A stretch of DNA of 59,977 bases from a virus (lineage: Duplodnaviria; Caudoviricetes). Where the stretch lies: positions 1 through 59,977 of the IMG/VR virus record IMGVR_UViG_3300027848_000024; one strand, given 5' to 3'. The notes under the pieces were generated by a model that saw nothing but the letters and a program-made list of their open reading frames with translations, made no database searches and was not told the DNA's origin. Both the position numbers and the translations under genes were made by a program. This document shows, in pieces, positions 47,836-58,202 of the stretch (its first letter is position 1; each line of letters starts with the position of its first letter).

Positions 47836-47840
47836 AACGC

Positions 47841-48071
47841 CTACTCCTTACCACCCCTAAGACGGTTGCTGTATTCCCAAGTGGCCCCAAAAGCGTAGGT
47901 TCCCACCACGGAGATTAACGTACCAAAGGCCATGGTAATAGCAGTCTCCCCCACGCTGTCGTGCGGGCCACGTAGAATAACAAGAAGGATTATCACTGCG
48001 CTAAAGATCGCCGCCCCAAAAATGAGGCGACGTCTAAGTTTCCAACTATCCTGCGGGGGGAGTTCATTCAT
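47841..48071 (-). CDS. putative holin
   Basis: two TMs; SWKLRRR...YAFGATWE. Confidence 0.65.
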   Translation of the reverse strand: MNELPPQDSWKLRRRLIFGAAIFSAVIILLVILRGPHDSVGETAITMAFGTLISVVGTYAFGATWEYSNRLRGGKE

Positions 48072-48595
48072 TACATTTTCCTTCGCAAAGTATCAGCTAT
48101 CCATTCGTTCCATAAGCGCACGTATTCAGAAGCAGCTTCGCCGCGAGCACCAGCCGCATTGTAGTATTTCTTCCAGTAGTTGGCATACCCGAGGACCGTG
48201 GTCGGTTGCGGGGCTGGTACCATCCAGTATTTCATGCGCGCCACTGCTACGGAGAAGGCCATATTGGTGCACAGTAGATAACGCAACTTATCTCCGTTGA
48301 AGTCTCTTTTGTCATACACGTACCCTTCAGGGAAAGATGCGTACATAATGTGAAAACGCCGCTCGGGCTGTAAATCGCCATACCTAAATAGAATGTCTTC
48401 CGCAGTGGGGTTCTCAATTTGGGCAATGCCGTTAGCAGGGCCACCCTTCAACTGAGTAAGCCAAGTGCCCATGGCACTTTCCACACCAATAGTTCCTAGC
48501 ATCTGTAGACAGGAATGTTCTTTGTAGTATTCTGGTCCCATCCGGGTAAGCGTGGGAACAATGACTTTGTGGTAGAGGTGATTGACGTCGAACAT
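48071..48595 (-). CDS. putative endolysin (lysozyme-like fold)
   Basis: GT..VES, Q..GGPA.G..Q.E, AR.KY, YWKKYYN. Confidence 0.75.
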   Translation of the reverse strand: MFDVNHLYHKVIVPTLTRMGPEYYKEHSCLQMLGTIGVESAMGTWLTQLKGGPANGIAQIENPTAEDILFRYGDLQPERRFHIMYASFPEGYVYDKRDFNGDKLRYLLCTNMAFSVAVARMKYWMVPAPQPTTVLGYANYWKKYYNAAGARGEAASEYVRLWNEWIADTLRRKM

Positions 48596-48596
48596 G

Positions 48597-49049
48597 CTAG
48601 TAAACCTCTTCTACTGTTGGGAGAAACTGCATCCAAGCTAGCGTTAGCAGTACAGTAATAACAACTGACATAGAAGCTAATGTTAAACTTTTTTTGCTTT
48701 CTGTTATTCCCGCAAACATAACGATGCCGCCAACGACGGCAAACATGCGAACGAAGAACCGCGCAAAGTACGCGAACTCCTCCAAAACTTCGGCGGCTTC
48801 CCACCAACCAGCTAGCGCATAGGAAGCCACCAGTCCCCACGTAATTGAGTTGACCAGAAAAGCCCCCGCAATAAGAGCGAACCCAATACGCAAAAGATTA
48901 ACAGGGTAGAATAAACCCTTTTCATGTACTTCGGAGCAAAGGTTCTTGTACCAAGCGAACAGAACAACCACAAAGATATTGGTCTGCGCCCAATACCAAA
49001 GGATACCGTAGTGCTCCGCGTAATACTGTATGGGCCCATACAGAGACAT
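48597..49049 (-). CDS. multi-TM membrane protein
   Basis: about four hydrophobic segments. Confidence 0.65.
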   Translation of the reverse strand: MSLYGPIQYYAEHYGILWYWAQTNIFVVVLFAWYKNLCSEVHEKGLFYPVNLLRIGFALIAGAFLVNSITWGLVASYALAGWWEAAEVLEEFAYFARFFVRMFAVVGGIVMFAGITESKKSLTLASMSVVITVLLTLAWMQFLPTVEEVY

Positions 49050-49236
49050 GTTCTTTTGTTCCTTCTTCACTATGGAGTTGAGTAAGGAGTTCTTCCAAAC
49101 TACGACTGAGCGAATTCTGTGCGTGCTGCTTGGCCAGAATAGCACTGGCTACTGTGTTTTCAGTTTCCTCTAACTTTTTTTCAAGTAGCACAGTCTTCTC
49201 CTGCTCTTTTGGTTTCTGTTTGAAAAGCCAGAACAT
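48922..49236 (-). CDS. small coiled-coil protein
   Basis: GGAGG upstream; 3' end overlaps next gene. Confidence 0.5.
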   Translation of the reverse strand: MFWLFKQKPKEQEKTVLLEKKLEETENTVASAILAKQHAQNSLSRSLEELLTQLHSEEGTKEHVSVWAHTVLRGALRYPLVLGADQYLCGCSVRLVQEPLLRST

Positions 49237-49241
49237 TGAGG

Positions 49242-49499
49242 CTAGCCTCCAATGCGCATGGATAAGATGTCTATAGAGTGCGCGAGTTTTCCAGTGTTTT
49301 CCGCCATCTTCATATCAGCTTCCGAGCGCTTTTGCCCTTCTTCAAATCGGGCGAAAACCAGCTTAGAAATAATGTCGTCCTTCTTAACATTGTTCTTCCA
49401 CAATAAAGCCAGTGCTCCCCAAGAAGCGAGAACAACTAGGCCAAGAACTACAATCGCAATGTTATCGTAAGTTAGGATTTGTTTAGCGGCATCTTCCAT
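49242..49499 (-). CDS. holin-like single-TM protein
   Basis: TM plus coiled coil. Confidence 0.55.
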   Translation of the reverse strand: MEDAAKQILTYDNIAIVVLGLVVLASWGALALLWKNNVKKDDIISKLVFARFEEGQKRSEADMKMAENTGKLAHSIDILSMRIGG

Positions 49500-49589
49500 T
49501 TTTGCGCTCCAAGCAACCTAGATGCAGCACCCTACCCCAAGGGAACCCATTATACTGTTAACTGGAACACACTTGTACCATGACATACT

Positions 49590-49994
49590 CTAGGAAACTT
49601 CGCGCCACTTGTCCGCGCCAATAGCGAGGGCTGAGATCCATGTGTACCCCAATCCCTCCAATTGCTTGTAGGACCAGATGCCCCGCTGCCGGTTGTCCAC
49701 GACCCATGTGAGTTTATCGTCGCTGATAAAGCATACCAGATGACCAACCCCCGATTCCGCGGTGCAGGCTACAAGCCATACTTTTTCTTCGGGGTATTTG
49801 AAGTCTTCCACGGCAAGGCAGGCTGCTGAAAGAGCATAGCCGTCGCAGTCCTCCTGCCACGCCTGCTTGGCGCGAACCAGCTTGGCCATGTTGCGCCATT
49901 TCTCAGCAACACCGTATTGTGCCATATCCGAAGCGTAGGAGAATCGTTCCTCCAGCAAACTGCGAACTTTAGTGGCTACTTCTTTTGCGGACAT
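49590..49994 (-). CDS. transglutaminase-like cysteine peptidase (BTLCP) catalytic part
   Basis: Y.SD..QYG..E.W, EDCDGYA, GHLV, VVDNR; GGAGG RBS 7 nt before ATG. Confidence 0.8.
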   Translation of the reverse strand: MSAKEVATKVRSLLEERFSYASDMAQYGVAEKWRNMAKLVRAKQAWQEDCDGYALSAACLAVEDFKYPEEKVWLVACTAESGVGHLVCFISDDKLTWVVDNRQRGIWSYKQLEGLGYTWISALAIGADKWREVS

Positions 49995-50176
49995 GAAAAA
50001 GCCTCCGGGTCTTCGGCGCACATTGTATACCAGCCAAGAGGGGCAAACACCACTTCTCCTAATTTCGCTGGCCCTTCGTCCTCGTTGGCACACCCGCCCA
50101 AGGAAATAAGGGCGAGCAGGCCAGCAATAAGAACTATGGTTAGAACTACGTGAGTATTTACGCTGGCGTGTTTCAT
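49976..50176 (-). CDS. small lipoprotein carrying a BTLCP-like N-terminal motif
   Basis: LGG-C lipobox; APLGWYTMCAEDP...C. Confidence 0.65.
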   Translation of the reverse strand: MKHASVNTHVVLTIVLIAGLLALISLGGCANEDEGPAKLGEVVFAPLGWYTMCAEDPEAFSCPQKK

Positions 50177-50751
50177 ACGGGTTCCTCCTCAGTCGGGGGA
50201 AGGCCAAGGATGGCCAAGGCGCGGACGGGACCAAACACTTGCCCGAAAGCCGCTATGTTGGCTGCTGAGTTAATGACGATCTCACTAGCCGCTCCCCAAC
50301 GAAGCAGCCATCGTTGAATTTGTGCACTCGGGCTTGCGGCAAGCGAAGCTACTAGAAGAACTTCCTCGTCTGTGAGCCGGTCTGCAATCACCAGCTTGGG
50401 AGAAGTGCGCGGCACGAAGACGTCTTCTGGTGCGGTAAACGTAGCGCCGTCGTACAACCACCCGACTTGGGCCTCGTCGTTGACGACCGCCGTGTGTCCT
50501 AGGGGCACGACCCATTGCTTTTGTGCTGGGGGTTGCCACGACCGAGCCTGCCAAACGCCGAAACGCGCTGTGTCCCAGTCTTTAGGCTCGTTGCTAGCGG
50601 GTTCTACGTAGCGCCCGTCTACAAGCAGCCAACCGTACGGGCCAGTGGCGGCTGGACTAAAGAAATGCCCGGTTGTTTCTCCCTCGGTCCACCCCTCGTC
50701 CAGCTTCACTACGTTCGTAACCACGCCATCCTTAACCAGAGCAAGTCTCAT
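50173..50751 (-). CDS. tail fiber assembly/chaperone-like protein
   Basis: ALVKDGVVTNV, VGWLYDGATFTAP. Confidence 0.6.
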   Translation of the reverse strand: MRLALVKDGVVTNVVKLDEGWTEGETTGHFFSPAATGPYGWLLVDGRYVEPASNEPKDWDTARFGVWQARSWQPPAQKQWVVPLGHTAVVNDEAQVGWLYDGATFTAPEDVFVPRTSPKLVIADRLTDEEVLLVASLAASPSAQIQRWLLRWGAASEIVINSAANIAAFGQVFGPVRALAILGLPPTEEEPV

Positions 50752-50874
50752 GTCTCTCTCCTATTAGTTTACCATGGGGTACTGTTTGCTATCCACAAGC
50801 AGTGCGCTATTCTTCGAAAATACCGTATGGCAGCGTTAGCACACCGCCCGCGCCAATATTTATTGCCATATTCT

Positions 50875-52446
50875 TTACCAAACCGTTACGCGAACGCGGC
50901 CATCGCCGCCCGCGCCAGAGTTGCCACTCTGGCTGCCACCGCCGCCGCCTGCCGGTTGCGTTCCAGCTGTTGCGTGGGCTGCAGCAAGTCCGCCCGCGCC
51001 CCCCGCGCCACCGCCGCCAGAGGCCCCTCCAGTGGTTGTGCTACCACTACCACTACCGCCGCCACCGCCGCCGCCGCCCATGACGGACGCGCCACCGATA
51101 AATGTTCCCACAGTGCTGATGCCGCCCGAGCCGCCACCGCCGCCGAAGTAACCCTGTCCGCCAGTCCGGGGCGAGGCATTGCCACCGCCCGAGCCGCCAC
51201 CGCCTAAACTGGTGGCGGGATTGCCTAGCCCTGCCGCCCCCACCGCACCACCACCAGGACCGCCGCCCGCCATTCCCGATGTCGTTGTTCCAGCTTGGAG
51301 TCCGGCAGTAAAAGCGCCGCCACCACCACCACCGCCGCCGTTGCCTGTGTTGCCGCCGCTGCCACCGAACGCGGATAGAAACGCGCCAAATGTGGTTGTT
51401 CCGCCGATCACACCAACAAGGTTGGTTGTTCTCGCCGCGCCGCCTGCACCAATCGTCACAGTCTCGGTCGCGCCCAGACCGCTGAGCAGGATTGTCAACG
51501 ATGAGTACGCGCCGCCACCGCCGCCACCGCCACCGGCACCGGTGCCCCGTCCGCCAGAGCCACCAGCGCCCCAGACCTCAACGAGTGCGTAGGTGCCTGA
51601 TCCCGGCTTGGTCCATGTTCCGCTTGCGTTGAATGTCTGTTGATCTTTGAATGAGCCACCGATGTTGGTTACGAGAACCTTTTTGACTGTGCCTGCAGAA
51701 GCGTCATACGTCATAATGAAGTCTGCATCTTCGTCGGGCGTTGTGTCTTCCGTAAGTGAGTTGATCACTTTCATGAGATCAACGAGCGTGATGGCGTTCG
51801 CGCGGGAAGCGCTCGTGTCGTACAACGCGAGGATGTCGTCTGTTGCTGGAGAGCTTTCCGCGGTGAGCACCCCAATGACTTTCAACATGTTTACCAAGGT
51901 TATGGACCGGATAACCGTGCCGCTGGTATCTTCCAGCACCATGAGATCGTCGACGGCAGGCGCACCCAACTCTGTTAGCGTTCTGATCTCAGTAGCCGCC
52001 AGCCTAGTGAGACCTAGTGTGGCAAGATTGCGTTCATCCGTGATGTCCGCGTTGGCAATCTCAGTCATGCCCACTGTCAGCGCAATCTGCGCAAGCGGTA
52101 CCATGTTAATATCCAAGGCGGGAGCCGCTGGGGAAGCGGACTCAGTACCTGCCTGAATACCCACGGTGCCCGTGGAGGCAGCAAGGTACACAAGGTCAAT
52201 ACGCGGGTTTGTTACCGGAGCAACCAGTGTGGCCGAGTTTCTCGCCGCTAGTGAGGTGGAAGTCCCCGCGTCCGAATCAAAGATGTACCCGGCGTTAATC
52301 TTAACAGACATATCGGGCGTTGCCTGTTCATGCACGGCGTGTTGCCCCGCGATACCAGCCAAGGCCGCGATGGAACTATCGATAGCTGCCTTGTAAACGG
52401 CGTCAGCCTGTGTGGTGTAGTCTGGCTGCACGAAGGTAGTTGCCAT
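50875..52446 (-). CDS. tail fiber with Gly-rich C-terminal domain
   Basis: NPRIDLV, three ~39-aa repeats, FNASGTWTKP...GAGG poly-Gly. Confidence 0.8.
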   Translation of the reverse strand: MATTFVQPDYTTQADAVYKAAIDSSIAALAGIAGQHAVHEQATPDMSVKINAGYIFDSDAGTSTSLAARNSATLVAPVTNPRIDLVYLAASTGTVGIQAGTESASPAAPALDINMVPLAQIALTVGMTEIANADITDERNLATLGLTRLAATEIRTLTELGAPAVDDLMVLEDTSGTVIRSITLVNMLKVIGVLTAESSPATDDILALYDTSASRANAITLVDLMKVINSLTEDTTPDEDADFIMTYDASAGTVKKVLVTNIGGSFKDQQTFNASGTWTKPGSGTYALVEVWGAGGSGGRGTGAGGGGGGGGAYSSLTILLSGLGATETVTIGAGGAARTTNLVGVIGGTTTFGAFLSAFGGSGGNTGNGGGGGGGGAFTAGLQAGTTTSGMAGGGPGGGAVGAAGLGNPATSLGGGGSGGGNASPRTGGQGYFGGGGGSGGISTVGTFIGGASVMGGGGGGGGSGSGSTTTGGASGGGGAGGAGGLAAAHATAGTQPAGGGGGSQSGNSGAGGDGRVRVTVW

Positions 52447-52449
52447 GCC

Positions 52450-55400
52450 TTAAACTCCGGTTATTTGGACATCAGCGACACCGCCAACGTCTGTGCCTGT
52501 TTCATCGAAGATGAATATCTTTACGGAAGTGGTGGTTTTGTTGCTGTAACCAGCATACCGCGGAGCATCGCTGGCACCAAGTACCGGCGTTATGCTCACA
52601 GCGGGCGTAAGGAAAAACTCTGTGGCGTAGGTGACCGCGGTGCCCCCGACGGCTATTACTACCCCTTCCTGTGCGTCAGTACGCTCAACAGTATCTACGG
52701 TGCCAGAAAGTTCCTCAAGGTAACCGACGCCAGTGGAGGTATCCATGCTAATTTGCCATTTAACGTGCCGGCCCGTAATAGTGCCAATGTGCCATTCTTC
52801 GAACCCGTCGTAATCGTCCGAGTCGCCATGGTAGTCCAAAGAGACGGTTGTAGTGACTGCACCACTCTCTCCGGGGCCAAAGTTCGTAATCAGATCTGCC
52901 CACACGCGGAGAGAAGAAGCGGCGTGCCCAACGTCCACTTCTCTTGAAATGAAAGTAGCTTCCGCTACTGGATTGTCTACGAAAGAAGAAAACACGGCTG
53001 TTCCAGTGGAGTCCGTGTTTTGTGTATTTGGTACCAGCACCCCGGAAACATCATGCTTCACAAAGTTGGTGAAGTACGAGAATAGCTTGGTCATATCAAG
53101 GTAGTCACTAGCCGGGGCTGAAATGGCAATCATGTCCGCAGAAGATAAAGCGTAGTCCCATATAGCTAATTCCATGAATACGCCATGCGCGCCGGTAGCG
53201 CCATCATACCTCGTACCGAGGTACAGGTTGGTTATCACCGAGTCCAAGGGCACACTGTCTGTGCTGGTGGCACCAAGAACACCATCTATGTAGAAAGACA
53301 TAGCTCCATTAGAGATGGCTGCTATCAAAATGTGTTCTTCGTCGTCTGTCACATCAATAGTGGTTGTTCTACCCGTGTTAGCTACACCCCCCACCGTCGA
53401 GAGAAAGCGAAACTTGTTGGCTCCGTCCAACACACGAAGTTCCCAATAGTTGTTAGCGGTGCCATCGCCAGCAACAAGAATCATGCCCTGCTCGGTAATT
53501 GAACCTTTGGTAAGGGAGAACCTAACTGCAAAGGTGTGTACATCTGTTCCCCAACCCGGAATACTGGAAGTAGGCAGCGTAGCCATTTCCGCCTCACGGG
53601 TAACGGCACTGGCTTCCGGCTGAATGCTAGTAGAGGGGAATGGTAACGCTTCCAGCATCAACCCCCAAACAGCGATGGATTTACCTGCCGTGGGGGAACC
53701 AGATGCTGCACCAGTAGCCGCAGGGCCAATCTCCGTGTAGCCGTTGCCAGTCCCAGTTGTTATATCCACAGCCCATATGAAATACCAACCATGCCCCACG
53801 TACACAATGCCCGCGTCCAACATCTCATTAGCAGTTACCGTGCCTGCTTCCAAATCGAAGACGGCAACGTGAGTAATAAACGCCGTGGACGAAAAACGTA
53901 GGTAGGCATACCGATTCGTGTCTTTTCTAGCGTAAGCGGCCATGGTGTATGTCTCACCAGTTCCCATGGACGTACCATACCGAATACGCGGCGATGCACT
54001 TCCGTTAGCAATAATTAAGTCCGCTTCTAGTTCTCCATTTGGGGCCACCACCGCATTAGCAGTTACTGAGCAGTTAACCTTGCCCCACGCAGCGTTATTC
54101 ACGCTGGAAGAATACGTGAAAAGGGAAGCACCCGCAGGTTCCATTACAAACCCGTGCGGGACTGGCACTTCCCCGGAGTACTTCCAAGCTAGCCGCGGAA
54201 CATCGTCCGCCACCAGAACCGTCTTACCTGCACGATTTAAGTTGAAAGCGTGCGAGAGGGCACCCGCCGGACGAGAGAATGACCAAGCGTTGGGCAAGGT
54301 CCCCGTATCGTCTCGAAAATCACTGTAGAAGCGGGGCATACGCCCATCAATCCAGGAAGTGTGGTAGTCTATGTAGGAGATCTCGTCGTTGCTGTTAACA
54401 ACAGTGATGTCAAACGTCTTCTCGGTAGTGGAATAGTTTCCACTGGTGTCGACAGCTTTAACCGCCGTGGTCCAAGCACCGGGGGGCAAGCCCGCATTAG
54501 TAACCAGCGTTCCTTTGGTTACTGAGGTAAGCACCGTGGCGGTTTCCCATACAAGGGTGCCGACAGGCGCGTATCGCAACTCGTACCCCGAAAGGTCCGC
54601 GTCGGACACCTGTCCCCACTTAAACGTGACCACGTTGGCGTTTTGTTGGGCGCTAAAGGTGGCGACGTTGCTGGGATTGACGGTTTTGCCAAGAACTGTG
54701 TGGTTTAGCGCCTCTACCCAATCGCCTTGGAAACCAAAACGGTTAATAGAACGAATGCGAACATCGTAAGCTACTGTATCACTTACATTGAGGATAAAGA
54801 AGTCTATATCGGACCCATCCAAGAATCCATCTTTCTCCCAAGTGCTTTCCGAAGACTTTTTGTGTTGTACCTCCAACTGCCCACCATCTGTAACAAGGGC
54901 ATCCGCCACAACGTCCCACGTAACGTATATACGAGAGAACACCGTGCCATCGTTTCGTACGAACAGGAAGTCCGTGCCAGATTGCAGAGCGAGATTCGTG
55001 GGGTCCGCAGGGTCTTCTATAATTGCGCGAAGATTAGTATTAGGCGCGGGGTCCCCACGAGTTTCCTCGCCACTGTTCCAATCGAACACAGTAGAAGCCG
55101 TCTCTCGTAGGTTAAGATCGATTCCCAACACCGGGTCGTCATTTTGGCTATCCACCGCCATGGACCACCCTTTGATTTCAAAAGGTTTGTCCACCCATCC
55201 GAAGCGTGTGTTGTTTACGTTAATAACTTCTCCAACAGCAAACTTAAACGCTTTCAGATTGCAGGGCATACTAACAGAGATCTGCTGACGTGCACGCTCC
55301 AAGTCGATCTTGGCAATTCGTTGGCACATTGATGGAGACACTGTGAATGGAAGATCAATATCTTTCCAAATTCGCTCGGACTGGTCTTCCACATAGTAGG

Positions 55401-57771
55401 CCGAGTTAATCACACCGGGAAACTCTCCCGCTTCCCAAAAACCCCTAGGATCTGTAAAGGTACCTTTTACAGCGTTAAACAGTTCCTTTCTGCTAATACG
55501 GGACGCAACCTTAATACTGCCACGCAGGAAGGTTTCGTCTATGGATTGTGTGGGACTCCGGTACTCTCCGGCAAAGACGTTCCATTTTCCCCCAATGGGA
55601 ATGGCCATGCCCGCCATGGAGTTAAGAATTTTGGTGATGACTTCCTTGGGCTGTTCATCCGAAGAAAAAGCACCATTGCAAGTGTACCGTGGTTCCGACT
55701 TCCTAAACAGAGTGTGCGTGCCCGTACCTGCATCCGTAATAGTCACTGGTATTTCTGCGAGGGCATTGTCGAAGCTACTGCATAGGAACCCCCTGTACAC
55801 AACAAGGTTGGCCCCCGCATCCCCCGTAAAGTCTCCCGTGTATGCAAGTTCTGCCCAATAGTAATCTGTGACAGTAGACAAACCTGCGGGAAGGGTTCCT
55901 GTGCTTACCAACTGCACTACGTCCCCTGTGCGGAGATATGGAACATCTTCGGCTAGGAAGATAACCTGTGTACCAGAAACAATAGTGTTGTTCGAGCCGT
56001 CCACATGGGTAAGCAGGTGAAGCCCCGTCCCCCGACTTGTTAGGTTGATAACAGGGGTACCGTCCTGCTCGCCCGACGGTGCCGCAAACTGGCCGTCACC
56101 GTGGACTTCACCGGTACCGGCCAAAGACGCAAAGGCGCCATCATTGATGATAACAGGGAGACCGGCCAGTGCGTCCTCCAAAGTAGCCGCAAAGTAGCCA
56201 TCATTGTCGTTGTTTCTAATCCAAAAATACGTAACACCCGCTGTTAAGCCCCCCGGCAACCCTCCGGGGGAAGATACGCGAACTCTATCTCCGGTAGATA
56301 GTTCGGGGAAATCTGAAATAAACGTAGCCAGATCCGTTGTATCACTTACGGTAAACTGGCGAGATTCCGCGTCTACGGTAAAGTCGGCATTCTCTACACG
56401 GGAAACAGTATGTGTGCCCGTGCCCACATCTATTAGATCTATGTAGGTGCCAACACGAGCTTCATCTTCAGTTTCAGCAAAACGGCCTGTCGCATTCGTA
56501 ACCTGGATCCAAAAGTAGTTGGTACCCGCAACTAAAGGATCTGGTAATGTGGTTGTAGAAGCTACCCAAACTCTGTCCCCCGTGGTTATTCCGGGGGTGT
56601 CCGTGGCCAAGGTAACAATGTCTGTCGAAGCATCTACTGTGAACGCCTTTTCCACTTCTGTAGAAACTTGTTCATCGCAGATGTTTGCTGCGACAATGAC
56701 CGTAGCGTCATCTACTTCTGTAGCGGCGTCCGAGCCTAGGCCCAGCGTTTCATCTATAAGATAATCGCGTAACACGAGTGCGGGGTTATTGGACCACTTG
56801 GTGGCGCTATCCCGTGGGTCGTATATGCGCGCACCACGAACGAGGGCGGACACCTTTGGAACACGACGTTCTACTTTAAACAGGTTGGCGTTCCAGCTTA
56901 ACAGCAAACCCATCTTAGCTCTGTTTTGTTGCTTGTGGTTAGTGGACCACAAGTCTCCTGCACCGGGGTTACGGTTAGCTATAGATTTGGTTCCGTTTCG
57001 GAGAAGCTGGTGAACTTCATTATCCGCGTCACGGTGCATCGTATGCGTACCAGTGCCCGTGTCCAACACATCAACCGTTATGCTAGCGAGGGCCTTTTCC
57101 CGCGATAAGGACAGCTTGCCGGTAGTTGCCGTCACCGGCACCCAAAAGTAGTGCTGAGTCGCGCTTAAAGCGTCGGGCAGGGTGTCTGTGGTGGAGACGT
57201 AGCAGGGGTCCCCCTGTAGCAAGCCCAATGTTTCGGCAATGGTAAACACATCCGTACCGGCGACTACGGTAAAGGTAGTGCTCCCTTCCAACTGCCCCAA
57301 ACCGGGCACTACCCAGCTAGCGAGAGTTTTGTCTCGCCAACGCAAATTCCAGTCCACCTCTATGTCGGAGTACTTCAGCACATCCGTGTCGTAGTACCAA
57401 GTGAGAAAAGCATCCACTTGATGCGACGCCATTGTTAAGAGCGTGTACAGGTTGGCGTTAGCGTTACCCTGCGCGTCCGCAAGAGCACGATGGTACGTTA
57501 CCGCACCACCCACACGGATCATTCCATAAATGCGTCGCCAGTAGGTAATGGGCTGCCGCGTGTTGGAAGTAAGGGTTGCGCTGCGCGTGACAGGGTTGTT
57601 GAGGCCGGTGAGGTCTGGTGGCTTGGGCGCAAGCGCTTGTGACACAAAACCAAGAACAAGGTTAAGGGCCGCAACAACGAGTGCCGTTTGTAGAACAGTT
57701 AGTCCCGCAATGGTAAAGCCTGCTGCGTACACACTGGCGAAAGCAATTGCGGCTGGAACAGCAAAAGGCAT
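52450..57771 (-). CDS. central tail tip/host-specificity protein (TipJ-like) with FN3 and LamG-like domains
   Basis: RIYG..RVGG, YDPR...WSNNPAL, RYTCNG, QRIAKI.L.R.R, FN3 Y.VR.R/VKAVD.SGN. Confidence 0.88.
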   Translation of the reverse strand: MPFAVPAAIAFASVYAAGFTIAGLTVLQTALVVAALNLVLGFVSQALAPKPPDLTGLNNPVTRSATLTSNTRQPITYWRRIYGMIRVGGAVTYHRALADAQGNANANLYTLLTMASHQVDAFLTWYYDTDVLKYSDIEVDWNLRWRDKTLASWVVPGLGQLEGSTTFTVVAGTDVFTIAETLGLLQGDPCYVSTTDTLPDALSATQHYFWVPVTATTGKLSLSREKALASITVDVLDTGTGTHTMHRDADNEVHQLLRNGTKSIANRNPGAGDLWSTNHKQQNRAKMGLLLSWNANLFKVERRVPKVSALVRGARIYDPRDSATKWSNNPALVLRDYLIDETLGLGSDAATEVDDATVIVAANICDEQVSTEVEKAFTVDASTDIVTLATDTPGITTGDRVWVASTTTLPDPLVAGTNYFWIQVTNATGRFAETEDEARVGTYIDLIDVGTGTHTVSRVENADFTVDAESRQFTVSDTTDLATFISDFPELSTGDRVRVSSPGGLPGGLTAGVTYFWIRNNDNDGYFAATLEDALAGLPVIINDGAFASLAGTGEVHGDGQFAAPSGEQDGTPVINLTSRGTGLHLLTHVDGSNNTIVSGTQVIFLAEDVPYLRTGDVVQLVSTGTLPAGLSTVTDYYWAELAYTGDFTGDAGANLVVYRGFLCSSFDNALAEIPVTITDAGTGTHTLFRKSEPRYTCNGAFSSDEQPKEVITKILNSMAGMAIPIGGKWNVFAGEYRSPTQSIDETFLRGSIKVASRISRKELFNAVKGTFTDPRGFWEAGEFPGVINSAYYVEDQSERIWKDIDLPFTVSPSMCQRIAKIDLERARQQISVSMPCNLKAFKFAVGEVINVNNTRFGWVDKPFEIKGWSMAVDSQNDDPVLGIDLNLRETASTVFDWNSGEETRGDPAPNTNLRAIIEDPADPTNLALQSGTDFLFVRNDGTVFSRIYVTWDVVADALVTDGGQLEVQHKKSSESTWEKDGFLDGSDIDFFILNVSDTVAYDVRIRSINRFGFQGDWVEALNHTVLGKTVNPSNVATFSAQQNANVVTFKWGQVSDADLSGYELRYAPVGTLVWETATVLTSVTKGTLVTNAGLPPGAWTTAVKAVDTSGNYSTTEKTFDITVVNSNDEISYIDYHTSWIDGRMPRFYSDFRDDTGTLPNAWSFSRPAGALSHAFNLNRAGKTVLVADDVPRLAWKYSGEVPVPHGFVMEPAGASLFTYSSSVNNAAWGKVNCSVTANAVVAPNGELEADLIIANGSASPRIRYGTSMGTGETYTMAAYARKDTNRYAYLRFSSTAFITHVAVFDLEAGTVTANEMLDAGIVYVGHGWYFIWAVDITTGTGNGYTEIGPAATGAASGSPTAGKSIAVWGLMLEALPFPSTSIQPEASAVTREAEMATLPTSSIPGWGTDVHTFAVRFSLTKGSITEQGMILVAGDGTANNYWELRVLDGANKFRFLSTVGGVANTGRTTTIDVTDDEEHILIAAISNGAMSFYIDGVLGATSTDSVPLDSVITNLYLGTRYDGATGAHGVFMELAIWDYALSSADMIAISAPASDYLDMTKLFSYFTNFVKHDVSGVLVPNTQNTDSTGTAVFSSFVDNPVAEATFISREVDVGHAASSLRVWADLITNFGPGESGAVTTTVSLDYHGDSDDYDGFEEWHIGTITGRHVKWQISMDTSTGVGYLEELSGTVDTVERTDAQEGVVIAVGGTAVTYATEFFLTPAVSITPVLGASDAPRYAGYSNKTTTSVKIFIFDETGTDVGGVADVQITGV

Positions 57772-58202
57772 TAGTTTGTTCCCCATGCGCGGGTAGCTTT
57801 GTTTAACGGGAAAAGAACAACTCCCGTTTTACCAACAGCCACAACCTTACCACCTGAACCAACAATAGCGGCGGCTGGTCCTATTTCTGTGTTTATTAGA
57901 ACAATGTCTCCCCGCTGAGCCTTGTTCTTTGGTTTTTCGGGGAAACAACTGTCCTGCATTAAAATCTCTATAAACTTCTCAACATCGTACCCCCCGCACA
58001 CTTCCACAACAATACGCAACGCTGATTTTTCGCTAACACAGCGCTCCCGGTATTTGTGCATGAAGTCCATGCCGGTAATAGACAGAACAATATTGGCGGC
58101 AAACAGAACGCAATTATGGGTGGCCCAATCAAATTCCTTTTCTTTGGATTCTCTAATTTGGGCCTCAAGCACAATAGGCCAATCGTCTCTTCTCTTTGTC
58201 AT
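57771..58202 (-). CDS. NlpC/P60-like tail assembly protein (DUF6950)
   Basis: R..DW..L, FDW..HNC..FAA, AQRGDIV. Confidence 0.8.
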   Translation of the reverse strand: MTKRRDDWPIVLEAQIRESKEKEFDWATHNCVLFAANIVLSITGMDFMHKYRERCVSEKSALRIVVEVCGGYDVEKFIEILMQDSCFPEKPKNKAQRGDIVLINTEIGPAAAIVGSGGKVVAVGKTGVVLFPLNKATRAWGTN

